Below the pieces are notes generated by a model, which saw only the letters and a list, made by a program, of their open reading frames with translations, ran no database searches and was not told the origin of the DNA. A program made the translations under genes and the position numbers. A stretch of 64,000 nucleotides of DNA from Escherichia coli 042 (lineage in GTDB: Bacteria; Pseudomonadota; Gammaproteobacteria; Enterobacterales; Enterobacteriaceae). Below, piece after piece: positions 20,438 through 29,874 of this stretch (position 1 is the first letter of the stretch; every line of letters begins with the position of its first letter). The DNA lies in NCBI RefSeq assembly GCF_000027125.1, contig NC_017626.1; one strand, 5' to 3'.

Positions 20438-21114
20438 GAAGAGGCTCCCATCGGGTGCAGGCGGTCGGCGACGTCATTGCGTACGGCTTCGTCATGGAAG
20501 ATACCGACGATGGCTGCGCCACGGGCTTTAGCTTCGAGAATCAGTTCCACCACCGCGGCGCTGTTTTTGGCGTCCAGCGAGGCGGTAGGTTCGTCGAGCA
20601 GCAGAATGGGGTAGTCGACGATAAAGCCACGGGCGATGTTGACGCGCTGCTGTTCGCCGCCGGAGAAGGTCGATGGTGCAAGGTGCCACAGGCGTTCAGG
20701 CACGTTCAGGCGCGTCAGTAATCGGGCGGCTTTAGCGGCGCAGGCTTCACGCGGTACGCCGGTATCGAGCAGAGGCTGCATCACCACTTCCAGTGCCGAA
20801 ATACGCGGGATGACGCGCAGAAACTGGCTCACCCAGCCGATGGTGGTTTTGCGGATCTCCACCACTTTGCGGGCTGGCGCGGTGACCAGGTCTACCCATT
20901 CCTCACCGTGTTTGATCTGGATTTGCCCTTCGTCGGGCAGATAGTTGGCGTACAGCGAGCGCAGCAGGGTTGATTTTCCGCTGCCGGAGTGGCCGTGAAG
21001 CACCACGCATTCGCCTGCGTTGACGGTGAGCGAGGCACGTTGTAAGACGGGCAGGCGCACGCCGTTTTGCTGGTGCAGGATGAAGGTTTTACTGACGTTT
21101 TGTACGTTAATCAT
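20434..21114 (-). CDS. phnL: PhnL, ATP-binding component of C-P lyase complex
   Basis: Start chosen at [11 protein letters not shown] (226 aa) inside the 240-aa track ORF; Walker [10 protein letters not shown]. Confidence 0.9.
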   Translation of the reverse strand: MINVQNVSKTFILHQQNGVRLPVLQRASLTVNAGECVVLHGHSGSGKSTLLRSLYANYLPDEGQIQIKHGEEWVDLVTAPARKVVEIRKTTIGWVSQFLRVIPRISALEVVMQPLLDTGVPREACAAKAARLLTRLNVPERLWHLAPSTFSGGEQQRVNIARGFIVDYPILLLDEPTASLDAKNSAAVVELILEAKARGAAIVGIFHDEAVRNDVADRLHPMGASS

Positions 21115-21157
21115 TTTTCGCCTCGTGGTTCGCATATTGGGGATCGGCGCGCGCATT

Positions 21158-21207
21158 GCCCCTCACCCTAGCCCTCTCCCCTCTGGGGAGAGGGCCGGGG
21201 TGAGGGG
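21158..21207. repeat. GC-rich imperfect palindromic element (boxC-like) between phnL and phnK
   Basis: cccctcaccctagccctctcccctctggggagagggccggggtgagggg forms nested inverted repeats; a related sequence recurs at 26472-26558. Confidence 0.7.
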
Positions 21208-21230
21208 ACCAGCGCGCACGGTGTTGCAAC

Positions 21231-21989
21231 TCAATTCTGCAAAACCGATGACACCAGCAGCTGGGTATACGGATGATGCGGGTCGTCGAGCACGCGGTCG
21301 GTTAACCCACTCTCCACTACTTGCCCCTGCTTCATCACCAGCAAACGGTCCGCCAGCAGGCGGGCGACGCCAAGATCGTGGGTAACAATCACTACCGCCA
21401 GGTTCAGCTCCACCACCAGGCCGCGCAGCAGGTCGAGCAGGCGCGCCTGCACCGACACATCCAGCCCGCCGGTTGGTTCGTCCATAAACACCAGCTTCGG
21501 ATGCGTCACCAGGTTGCGGGCAATCTGCAAACGCTGCTGCATGCCGCCGGAAAAGGTGGTTGGCAGGTCGTCGATCCGGTTAGCGGGAATCTCGACCTCT
21601 TCCAGCCACTTCTGCGCGGTGGCGCGAATATCGCCGTAATGACGCGCCCCGGTCGCCATCAGCCGCTCGCCGATATTGCCGCCTGCCGACACCTGGCGGC
21701 GCAGGCCGTCGAGCGGATGCTGATGCACCACGCCCCATTCGGTGCGCAGCAGGCGACGGCGATCGGCCTCGCTCATGCCATAGAGGGAACGGTTTTCATA
21801 GTGAATCTCCCCTTGCTGCGGCGTCAGACGCGCGGAAATTGATTTCAGCAGCGTGGTCTTCCCGGAGCCGGACTCCCCGACGATGCCCAGCACTTCCCCC
21901 GGCCATAAATCAAAAGAGACATCGCTAAAGCCTTTGCCCGGCGCGTAAAGGTGGGTCAGGTTATTGACCGAAAGTAAAGGTTGATTCAT
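21231..21989 (-). CDS. phnK: PhnK, ATP-binding component of C-P lyase complex
   Basis: Start chosen at MNQPLLSVNNL (252 aa); Walker A GESGSGKTT; ABC signature. Confidence 0.9.
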   Translation of the reverse strand: MNQPLLSVNNLTHLYAPGKGFSDVSFDLWPGEVLGIVGESGSGKTTLLKSISARLTPQQGEIHYENRSLYGMSEADRRRLLRTEWGVVHQHPLDGLRRQVSAGGNIGERLMATGARHYGDIRATAQKWLEEVEIPANRIDDLPTTFSGGMQQRLQIARNLVTHPKLVFMDEPTGGLDVSVQARLLDLLRGLVVELNLAVVIVTHDLGVARLLADRLLVMKQGQVVESGLTDRVLDDPHHPYTQLLVSSVLQN

Positions 21990-22831
21990 TGGTTTTTTGC
22001 CTCGCTCTGTTGGCGGCAATAATCGGTATCGGAGCAGACAAACATGCGGTTTCCGGCGTCATCCAGCACCACTTCGTCGAGATAGCTGTGGGTCGATCCG
22101 CAGATGGCGCATGGCTCATCCCACTGCTGAACGGTGAACGGGTGATCGTCGAAATCGAGGCTTTCCACGCGGGTAAACGGCGGCACCGCATAGATGCGCT
22201 TCTCGCGTCCTGCGCCGAACAGCTGCAGGGCGGGCATCATGTTCATTTTCGGATTATCGAATTTTGGGATCGGCGATGGGTCCATGACGTAGCGCCCGTT
22301 CACCTTCACCGGATAGGCATAAGTGGTGGCGATATGACCGAAGCGGGCGATATCTTCATACAGTTTCACCTGCATCACGCCGTACTCCTCCAGCGCGTGC
22401 ATAGTGCGGGTTTCCGTTTCGCGCGGCTCGATAAAGCGCAGCGGTTCCGGGATCGGTACCTGGAAAATAATGATCTGATCTTCGGTCAGCGACGTTTCGG
22501 GGATGCGGTGGCGGGTCTGGATAAGCGTCGCATCGTCCGTACGTTCAGTGGTGTTTACCCCGGTCACGCGCTTAAAGAAGTTGCGAATTGATACGGCGTT
22601 GGTGGTGTCATCCGCACCCTGGTCAATCACCTTCAACACGTCGCTTTCGCCAATCACGCTGGCGGTAAGCTGGATACCACCAGTTCCCCAGCCGTACGGC
22701 ATCGGCATCTCGCGCCCGCCAAACGGCACCTGATAACCGGGGATCGCCACCGCTTTTAAGATGGCGCGGCGGATCATGCGTTTGGTCTGCTCGTCGAGGT
22801 AGGCAAAGTTGTAGCCGCTCAGATTAGCCAT
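21986..22831 (-). CDS. phnJ: PhnJ, C-P lyase catalytic subunit (radical SAM-like, Cys cluster)
   Basis: Start chosen at MANLSGYNFAYLDEQ (281 aa); C-terminal CxxCGSxxxYLDE cysteine motif. Confidence 0.9.
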   Translation of the reverse strand: MANLSGYNFAYLDEQTKRMIRRAILKAVAIPGYQVPFGGREMPMPYGWGTGGIQLTASVIGESDVLKVIDQGADDTTNAVSIRNFFKRVTGVNTTERTDDATLIQTRHRIPETSLTEDQIIIFQVPIPEPLRFIEPRETETRTMHALEEYGVMQVKLYEDIARFGHIATTYAYPVKVNGRYVMDPSPIPKFDNPKMNMMPALQLFGAGREKRIYAVPPFTRVESLDFDDHPFTVQQWDEPCAICGSTHSYLDEVVLDDAGNRMFVCSDTDYCRQQSEAKNQ

Positions 22832-23888
22832 GGTTCTGCTCCTGTTGCAGACGTTTGAGTAGCTCCAGTTCGGCCTGGAAATCGACGTAGTGCGGGAGTT
22901 TAAGGTGCGAGACAAAGCCTGCGGCTTCGACGTTGTCGGCATGCGCCAGCACGAACTCTTCATCCTGCGCCGGGCCTGTCGCGTGCTCGCCGTACTCCGG
23001 GGCTTGTAGAGCGCGGTCAACCAGCGCCATCGCCATCGCTTTGCGCTCGCTCATGCCGAACACCAGCCCGTAGCCGCGCGTGAAGTGCGGCGGCTCATCC
23101 GGCGGGTCGATAAAACCGTTGACCATTTCACATTCGGTCATCAGCAGTTCGCCGACGTTCACCGCAAATCCCAGCTCTTCCGGCACAATCGACACGTCGA
23201 TATAGCCGCTGCGGATTTCGCCTGCGAACGGATGATTGCGTCCGTAACCACGCTGGGTGGAGTAGGCCAGCGCCAGCAAATAGCCTTCGTCGCCGCGCAT
23301 TAATTGTTGCAGGCGGGAGGAGCGTGAGCAGGGGTAAACCGGCGGCGTGCGGGTGATGTCATCCGGCTGTGCGCCGCTATCCTCCTCAAACTTCGCCAGC
23401 CCCTGACGCGCCAGCAGGCTGAAAACGTGCGGCGACGGCTGTTGTGCGCTGTCGGCGGTGGTCAGCGTCGGCGCTTCGCCGTTTGCCAGCAGGGTGAAAT
23501 CGAGCAGGCGATGGGTGTAGTCGTAGGTTGGGCCAAGCAGCTGGCCGCCGGGAATATCTTTATAAACCGCTGAAATACGCCGTTCGAGACGCATCTCCGT
23601 GGTGTCGAGCGGCTCGCTTACCGCGAGCTTAGCCAGCGTGGTGCGGTAAGCGCGTAGCAGGAAAATCGCTTCGACGTTATCGCCGCTGGCCTGTTTCAGC
23701 GCCAGCGCCGCCAGTTCGCGGTCGGCAATGCCGCCTTCGGTCATCACGCGATCTACTGCAAGATTAAGCTGCTGTTCAATCTGGGCGACGCTCAGTTCAG
23801 GCAAATCGGTATTGCCCCGGCGTCGGCTCTCTTGCAGGGCGTGGGCGGCGTCGATCGCCTTCTCGCCCCCTTTCACGGCAACGTACAT
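22824..23888 (-). CDS. phnI: PhnI, C-P lyase core component (nucleosidase)
   Basis: Start chosen at [12 protein letters not shown] (354 aa) inside the 394-aa track ORF. Confidence 0.9.
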   Translation of the reverse strand: MYVAVKGGEKAIDAAHALQESRRRGNTDLPELSVAQIEQQLNLAVDRVMTEGGIADRELAALALKQASGDNVEAIFLLRAYRTTLAKLAVSEPLDTTEMRLERRISAVYKDIPGGQLLGPTYDYTHRLLDFTLLANGEAPTLTTADSAQQPSPHVFSLLARQGLAKFEEDSGAQPDDITRTPPVYPCSRSSRLQQLMRGDEGYLLALAYSTQRGYGRNHPFAGEIRSGYIDVSIVPEELGFAVNVGELLMTECEMVNGFIDPPDEPPHFTRGYGLVFGMSERKAMAMALVDRALQAPEYGEHATGPAQDEEFVLAHADNVEAAGFVSHLKLPHYVDFQAELELLKRLQQEQNHG

Positions 23889-24472
23889 CAGCACACCTCC
23901 ACATGAGTGGTTCGCGGGATAGCCAGCAGCCGCTCGCCGCAGGTCAGGATCAGGTCGATGCCGAGCGGGAACGGGTGCGGGCGCTCGGTAAGTTCGTGCA
24001 GAATGCACTCCGGCAGCTGCGGGGCGATCATTCGTTCTTCGGCAATACCCGCGCCAGTAAGGCGCAGCATGCGCCCGCCGCTCAGGCTGACGACCTGTAA
24101 AATCAGCGTCGCGCCCGCTTCTGGCGCAACAGCGGTGCCGCTGGAAAGGGCGTTAAGCTGTTCGCTGGAAATCGCCTCATCCGTTACCGCGAAGGTCGCC
24201 TGTTCCGGCTGGCTGACCAGCGGCGCGTTGGTATGAAAACGCAGGCTCTGGCTGACGATATCGTTACTTAATGGCGCAGAAAGCCACACCGGCGTGTCGT
24301 TATCGGCCAGCGTCAGCAGCACGCTGGTGGTGGCGATATTCAGTGGCTGCCAGCCGCGCTTGAGCTGATGCAGGGCGACAATCACGCCCGGCTCGCTCAT
24401 GGCCTTTAACAGGCGACGAAAACTGTGCTGGGCATCCTGCACGGGAAGCATAAAAGCGGTTTCCAGGGTCAT
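23888..24472 (-). CDS. phnH: PhnH, C-P lyase core component
   Basis: 194 aa; operon position with overlapping junctions. Confidence 0.9.
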   Translation of the reverse strand: MTLETAFMLPVQDAQHSFRRLLKAMSEPGVIVALHQLKRGWQPLNIATTSVLLTLADNDTPVWLSAPLSNDIVSQSLRFHTNAPLVSQPEQATFAVTDEAISSEQLNALSSGTAVAPEAGATLILQVVSLSGGRMLRLTGAGIAEERMIAPQLPECILHELTERPHPFPLGIDLILTCGERLLAIPRTTHVEVC

Positions 24473-24921
24473 GCGTTATCTCCGCGAACCATCGTAAAGA
24501 AGTCGACCCGGCTGGCGTTCACTTCGGCCTGGCGTGCGGCAATGCGTGCCATACGGTCAGCGTCCAGCGGGGCAATAAGGGTTTCTGATAAGTTTTGAAA
24601 ATGGCGGGTTTGCTGCATCAGCGCGTCAATCAGCGCGCAGCGTTCGGCGTGCTGTTTGTCGCGCCCCAGCACCCAGCTGTAGCCGAGCGTGCCGTCAGTC
24701 AGGCGTACGGTGGCGCGGGTGAGCGTGGCGTCGCCAGCAAAAAAGCGTTCGCCGGTGCCACCCATCCGCGCCTGAATCTGCACCAGGCCGGTTTCAGCGG
24801 CGCGGATTACTTCATAGTCGGCAGTGATGTTCAGCGCCTTCAGGCGGGCTGCCAGTTCAGCCGGTTGGCTGTGTGCCAGTACGGACATCCAGTGCTGGCG
24901 GGTCGCGGTATCTGCGTGCAT
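24469..24921 (-). CDS. phnG: PhnG, C-P lyase core component
   Basis: 150 aa; operon position. Confidence 0.9.
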   Translation of the reverse strand: MHADTATRQHWMSVLAHSQPAELAARLKALNITADYEVIRAAETGLVQIQARMGGTGERFFAGDATLTRATVRLTDGTLGYSWVLGRDKQHAERCALIDALMQQTRHFQNLSETLIAPLDADRMARIAARQAEVNASRVDFFTMVRGDNA

Positions 24922-25647
24922 TCAGTGCTCCATAGTGAATTCAATCATGTCGGCGCGCGTCAGGCTGACGGAGTACTCCGCCGGGCTGCTTTCACCGTCA
25001 CGGTGGTTAAGGGTGCGCACGCACAGCAGCGGCGACATATTCGGGATTTCAAGACGCTGGCACTCTTTGGCCTGGGCGCGGCGGGCGCTGATCCGCGTCT
25101 GGCTGCGGCGCAGCGCAATCCCCGTTTGCTCGCGCAGAAAATCGTGCAGCGAGCCGCTGTCGAAGCGTTGCAGCGTCGGCCAGAGGGTGAGGTCCGCAAA
25201 GTAGTGGTCGATTAAACAGAGCGCGACGCCGTTGACCCGGCGCAGGGTGCGCAGGTGGATAACGTTCTCGCCCTCGGTTATCCCCAGCGCGTCAGCGACG
25301 TGACCGGAGGCCGGGCGCAGCACCGACAGCAGTTTTTCGCTGGTGGGATGGCTGCCCTGATCCAGCAGGTTCTGGCTAAAACGCGCCTGGGCGTTGAGCG
25401 GGTAATCGAACGGGCGCATCAGTACCAGCACGCCGACGCCCTGACGGCGCTGTACCCAGCCTTTTTCCACCAGTTGGTCGATGGCGCGGCGCAGGGTGTG
25501 GCGGTTCACCTCAAAGCGCGCCGCCAGTTGCTGCTCGGCGGGAAGATAGTCGCCGCAGCGGTAGTGTTGACGAAGCTCCTGCTCAAGTTTTGCGGCTATC
25601 TCCTGATAGCGTGTTGGGTAGCTGGTCGGATGTGTAGACAAGTGCAT
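24922..25647 (-). CDS. phnF: PhnF, GntR-family transcriptional repressor of the phn operon
   Basis: 241 aa from MHLSTHPTSY...; GntR-type N-terminal HTH and UTRA-like C-terminal domain. Confidence 0.9.
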   Translation of the reverse strand: MHLSTHPTSYPTRYQEIAAKLEQELRQHYRCGDYLPAEQQLAARFEVNRHTLRRAIDQLVEKGWVQRRQGVGVLVLMRPFDYPLNAQARFSQNLLDQGSHPTSEKLLSVLRPASGHVADALGITEGENVIHLRTLRRVNGVALCLIDHYFADLTLWPTLQRFDSGSLHDFLREQTGIALRRSQTRISARRAQAKECQRLEIPNMSPLLCVRTLNHRDGESSPAEYSVSLTRADMIEFTMEH

Positions 25648-25667
25648 AGATATCAATGCCTCGCTTA

Positions 25668-26447
25668 TCAGATAAAGTGCTTACGCAACCGTTGAGAGAG
25701 GAAATCCAGCAGGCTGACCGTGACGATAATCAGCACCATCAGGGCGCAGGTTTGCTGGAACTGGAAACCGCGAATCGCTTCCCACAGCGTGACGCCGATC
25801 CCGCCCGCGCCGACCATGCCAACAACGGTGGCCGAACGGACGTTGGATTCGAAGCGATAGAGGGAGTAGGAGATCAGCAGCGGCATCACCTGCGGCAGCA
25901 CGCCGTAGAGGATCTCTTCGAGCTTGTTGGCACCGGTGGCGCGAATACCTTCCACCGGGCCGGGTTCAATTGCTTCTACCGCTTCGGAAAGCAGTTTGGA
26001 GAGCACGCCGGTGGTGTGGATAAACAGCGCCAGCACGCCAGCGAACGGGCCAAGGCCGACGGCGACCACGAACAGCATGGCGAAGACCATTTCGTTAATG
26101 GCGCGGCAGGCGTCCATCAGGCGGCGTACGGGCTGGTAAACCCACCACGGCACCAGGTTTTCGGCGCTCATCAGACCGAAGGGGATGGAGAGAACCACCG
26201 CCAGCGCGGTGCCCCAGACGGCGATTTGCAGCGTGACGGCCATTTCGGTGAGGTAATCCTGCCACTGGCTGAAATCGGGCGGGAAGAAGTCGGCGGCGAA
26301 GGTTGCCATGTTGCCGCCGTCTTTAATCAGCGTGAGCGGGGCCATTTCCGCGCCCTGCCACGAGACGACCAGCACGGCGAGAACAATGGCCCAGCTCAGA
26401 AGCGAGAACCAGCTGCGCTTGGGTGGGGCGATGGTGATGGTTTGCAT
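25668..26447 (-). CDS. phnE: PhnE, phosphonate ABC transporter permease (uninterrupted reading frame)
   Basis: Continuous 259-aa polytopic membrane ORF; no frameshift within the gene. Confidence 0.85.
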   Translation of the reverse strand: MQTITIAPPKRSWFSLLSWAIVLAVLVVSWQGAEMAPLTLIKDGGNMATFAADFFPPDFSQWQDYLTEMAVTLQIAVWGTALAVVLSIPFGLMSAENLVPWWVYQPVRRLMDACRAINEMVFAMLFVVAVGLGPFAGVLALFIHTTGVLSKLLSEAVEAIEPGPVEGIRATGANKLEEILYGVLPQVMPLLISYSLYRFESNVRSATVVGMVGAGGIGVTLWEAIRGFQFQQTCALMVLIIVTVSLLDFLSQRLRKHFI

Positions 26448-26471
26448 GTTTGGCTCCGTTTAATGTTTTCT

Positions 26472-26558
26472 CCCTCTCCCTGTGGGAGAGGGCCGGGGTG
26501 AGGGCATCAGCGTGCGCATTTTCCCCTCATCCTAACCCTCTCCCTCAAGGGAGAGGGG
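26472..26558. repeat. Two GC-rich palindromic elements (boxC-like) between phnE and phnD
   Basis: ccctctccctgtgggagagggccggggtgagggc and cccctcatcctaaccctctccctcaagggagagggg; same family as 21158-21207. Confidence 0.7.
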
Positions 26559-26572
26559 ACCGATCGAGCACA

Positions 26573-27589
26573 TTACTGCACCGCTTTACTCACCGAACTC
26601 ATCGCGCTTAACGCGTTGTTCAGGCGGTCCAGGTCATCCAGTTGCGCCTGAATGGCGCTGGTTTTTGCCAGCTTGTCCTGCTCATTCAGCCCTTTATTAC
26701 CTTTTACGCCCTGCATCTCTTTAAACAGTGCGAGTTGGCGAATCGGCACCAGTTGCAGGTCGCTGGAGGCGCGGAACGGGGCCCATCCCAGGCGCTCCAG
26801 CACCGCTTTCTCTTCCGGCGTTTTGCCGTAGTTCATAAAGAAGTCGTAGATCTTGTCTTTGGTGGTTTCGGACAGATTTTTGCGCCAGACGATCGGATCG
26901 CCTGGGATCAGCGGCGATTTCCAGATCACCTTCAGTTCTTTGAGCTTCTCCGGTGCGGAGGTTTTCAGCTTGTCGAGGTTTTCGGTGTTGTTGGTCGCCA
27001 CATCCACCTGTTTGTTGGCGACGGCCAGCGCGTTGGTTTCATGCCCGGCGTTGACGGTGCGCTTGAAGTCGCTGGCGGAGATATTGTTTTTGGCGAAGAC
27101 GTAGTAGCCGGGGACGAGGAAGCCAGAGGTGGAGTTAGGATCGCCATTGCCGAAGGTGAGATCTTTACGCTTCGCCAGCAGATCATTCAGGTTGTTGATC
27201 GGACTGTCTTTGTTGACGATCAACACGCTCCAGTAACCCGGCGATCCATCCGCCGCGACCGTCTGGGCGAAGACCTGACCGTTGGCGCGATCCACCGCTT
27301 CCATCGCCGACAGATTGCCGTACCAGGCGATATCCACTTTATTGAAGCGCATCCCCTGGATAATGCCCGCGTAGTCCGGGGCAAAGAAGGCGTTGACCTT
27401 TACGCCCAGCTTCTTCTCCATATCCTGTAAGAACGGAGTCCATTGCGGTTTCAGGTTTTGCTGTGATTCCGTTGAAATAATGCCGAAATTCAGCGCCTTT
27501 TCCTGCTCTTCGGCGTGCGCCGGGCTTAACAGGGTGCTGAGGCTGAACATGCTGGTGAAGGCCAGCGAGGCAATTATCTTAGCATTCAT
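26573..27589 (-). CDS. phnD: PhnD, periplasmic phosphonate-binding protein
   Basis: 338 aa with signal peptide; operon position. Confidence 0.9.
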   Translation of the reverse strand: MNAKIIASLAFTSMFSLSTLLSPAHAEEQEKALNFGIISTESQQNLKPQWTPFLQDMEKKLGVKVNAFFAPDYAGIIQGMRFNKVDIAWYGNLSAMEAVDRANGQVFAQTVAADGSPGYWSVLIVNKDSPINNLNDLLAKRKDLTFGNGDPNSTSGFLVPGYYVFAKNNISASDFKRTVNAGHETNALAVANKQVDVATNNTENLDKLKTSAPEKLKELKVIWKSPLIPGDPIVWRKNLSETTKDKIYDFFMNYGKTPEEKAVLERLGWAPFRASSDLQLVPIRQLALFKEMQGVKGNKGLNEQDKLAKTSAIQAQLDDLDRLNNALSAMSSVSKAVQ

Positions 27590-27613
27590 TCGTTTTCCTC
27601 AATGATGGGGATG

Positions 27614-28402
27614 TCAGGCAGCTTTCGCGTTTTCTTCGACGCGGTTGATGCTGCGGTAGAGATGGTCAAAACGTTCGTTATCAAACTGTTGGCTGCTGCC
27701 GTCGTAGAAGACGTGCCCCTGGCGCAGGGCGACGATGCGTTCGCAGTAGCGCAGGGCGTAATCCACCTGATGCAGCGTGACGACCACGGTAATGCCGTCG
27801 TTCTGGTTAATGTCGCGCAGGGTGTCCATCACGATGCGCGCCGATTCCGGGTCCAGCGAGGCGATGGGTTCGTCCGCCAGAATCACCTTCGCCTGCTGCA
27901 TCAGCGCGCGGGCAATCGCCACACGCTGCTGCTGTCCGCCGGAGAGGGTGGAAACTCGCTGATGGGCAAAGTGCACCATGCCAACGCGGGTCAGCGCCTG
28001 TAACGCGCGCTGTTTCTGCTCGCGGGTGAAGTAGCTAAAACAGGTGCGCCAGAATGGCGTGCTGCCGAGCGCGCCAATCAGCACGTTCTCCAGTACGCTC
28101 AGGCGATTCACCAGGTTGAATTGTTGGAAGATGTAGCCGGTATTGGCGCGGCTTTTGCGGATATCGCGGGCCAGGCGGCCTTCGCGCTGGACTGTGCGGC
28201 CCAGCAGCTCGATATGGCTACCGGCAGATTTATCGCCGGTAATCAAACCGCTTAAGTGACGTAAAAGGGTGGATTTGCCGGAACCCGACGGCCCAAGCAG
28301 AGCCACCATTTCACCGTGATGAATGTTCAGATCAACCGCGTGCAGCGCCTGATGCTGATTGAAGGTTTTGGCGAGCTTCTCGACACGGATAATCGTTTGC
28401 AT
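27614..28402 (-). CDS. phnC: PhnC, phosphonate ABC transporter ATPase
   Basis: 262 aa; Walker [10 protein letters not shown]; ABC signature LSGGQQQR. Confidence 0.9.
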   Translation of the reverse strand: MQTIIRVEKLAKTFNQHQALHAVDLNIHHGEMVALLGPSGSGKSTLLRHLSGLITGDKSAGSHIELLGRTVQREGRLARDIRKSRANTGYIFQQFNLVNRLSVLENVLIGALGSTPFWRTCFSYFTREQKQRALQALTRVGMVHFAHQRVSTLSGGQQQRVAIARALMQQAKVILADEPIASLDPESARIVMDTLRDINQNDGITVVVTLHQVDYALRYCERIVALRQGHVFYDGSSQQFDNERFDHLYRSINRVEENAKAA

Positions 28403-28440
28403 GATGCAGCCTCCCTAAAAAAGTGGCTCCATCGTGGCGG

Positions 28441-28479
28441 ATTATTGTGACGATTTGGTTAATTAAAAGTGACTAACAG
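28441..28479 (-). promoter_or_regulatory. Pho box (PhoB binding repeats) of the phnC promoter
   Basis: Minus strand reads CTGTTAGTCACTTTTAATTAACCAAATCGTCACAATAAT, with direct repeats resembling the CTGTCAT-N4 Pho box consensus, about 40-75 bp upstream of the phnC ATG. Confidence 0.6.
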
Positions 28480-28534
28480 ATGAAGAGTTAACGGGAATTC
28501 GATGACAGTGCGGGAGGGCGGGCCTCCCGGCGGA

Positions 28535-28978
28535 TTATTGCGTTGGTTGTTGTTTGACGACATTAATCATCCACGGTACGCCAAATTTATCGGTGACTTT
28601 GCCGAAGCCATGCGCCCAGAAAGTTTCCTGCCAGGCCATTTCGATTTTTCCGTTGGCGGCAAGATTGTCAAACCAGCGTTTCCCTTCTTCGACCTGTTGC
28701 GAATCGAGCACTAACGTAAAGCCGGAGTAGCTGGCTTTTCCTGACGGTATAGCATCGCTCATCATGATATCGCTTCCGGCAATGCGCACATTGGCGTGGG
28801 CGATGGCGGTATCGGGAAATTGCATTCCGGAAGGGCAGTTCTCGGCGCTGTCCTGCGCTGATTTTGGCATTTCGCCGAAGCTGATTTTATAGATCAGTTC
28901 AGCGCCCAACGTACGTTGATAATAAGCAATTGCGTCGGCACAGTTACCGGCAAAAGAGAGGTAGGGACTTAACGGCAT
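28535..28978 (-). CDS. yjdN: Glyoxalase/bleomycin-resistance fold protein (PhnB)
   Basis: 147 aa; recognised as YjdN/PhnB. Confidence 0.85.
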   Translation of the reverse strand: MPLSPYLSFAGNCADAIAYYQRTLGAELIYKISFGEMPKSAQDSAENCPSGMQFPDTAIAHANVRIAGSDIMMSDAIPSGKASYSGFTLVLDSQQVEEGKRWFDNLAANGKIEMAWQETFWAHGFGKVTDKFGVPWMINVVKQQPTQ

Positions 28979-29137
28979 GATGGTGACCTCAGTTAAGAGA
29001 AGCCAGTTAAGTGTAGTTCGAAATTTATACAGATGAGAGGGAAGCCTGATAAGACGCGGTCAGCGTCGCATCAGGCAGTCGGCATCGTTGCCGGATGCGG
29101 CGCGAGCGCCTTATCCGGCTTACCGATCACAATACAA

Positions 29138-29473
29138 TCAGTTCTTTTTCACAAACTCAGATTTCAGTTTCATCGGACCAAAACCGTCGATTTTGCAATC
29201 GATGTTATGGTCGCCTTCAACCAGGCGGATGTTTTTCACTTTGGTGCCAATTTTCAGCATCGAAGAGCTACCTTTCACCTTCAGATCTTTAATGATGGTA
29301 ACGCTGTCGCCGTCAGCCAGCAGATTGCCGTTAGCATCTTTAACGATCAGCTCGTCGCTTTCCTGTGCAGGTTCTGCGTCGTTCCATTCGTAGGCACATT
29401 CCGGGCAGATGTACATGCCGTTATCTTCGTAGGTGTATTCGGAGTTGCATTTTGGGCAGTGTGGTAATGACAT
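29138..29473 (-). CDS. yjdM: Zinc-ribbon protein YjdM (PhnA)
   Basis: Start chosen at [26 protein letters not shown] (111 aa) with two CxxC pairs; the 160-aa track ORF extends upstream without support. Confidence 0.85.
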
Positions 29474-29874
29474 GTGGATTTCCTCAAAAGTCAGCAGGGC
29501 AAAAGCGCCAAAAAACGGCAGATTGCCGAAAAAGGCCGCAATTATACACAAAATCCCTGAGTTTGTCGGGGGTACTGCTGATTTTAGACGACGATCGTTT
29601 TCATTTGAAAGGAAACGCAAAAAGAAAATAATCTTTTTGCCTCCATTTATTATTTAAGATAAGGTTAATGCTCTACTTGTTCTTTTTTTAATTCAAATGA
29701 TATTTTTATCTTTCTGACGTTTTAAACGTATCGGAAGACGTTATTTATTCTAATAAAAAACAACACGCTAAATATAAAATTATTTCTTGCAGTAATTATA
29801 AAAGCCGAAAACAGAACTCAAAAACAATCTGGCTAAATAAAAGTAACAAAATTTGCTTTAAGGAAGAATTTTCT

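Noticed and set aside
29138-29620. Extended 160-aa version of yjdM
   Set aside because: The zinc-ribbon protein begins at MSLPHCPKC (111 aa); the upstream extension has no support.
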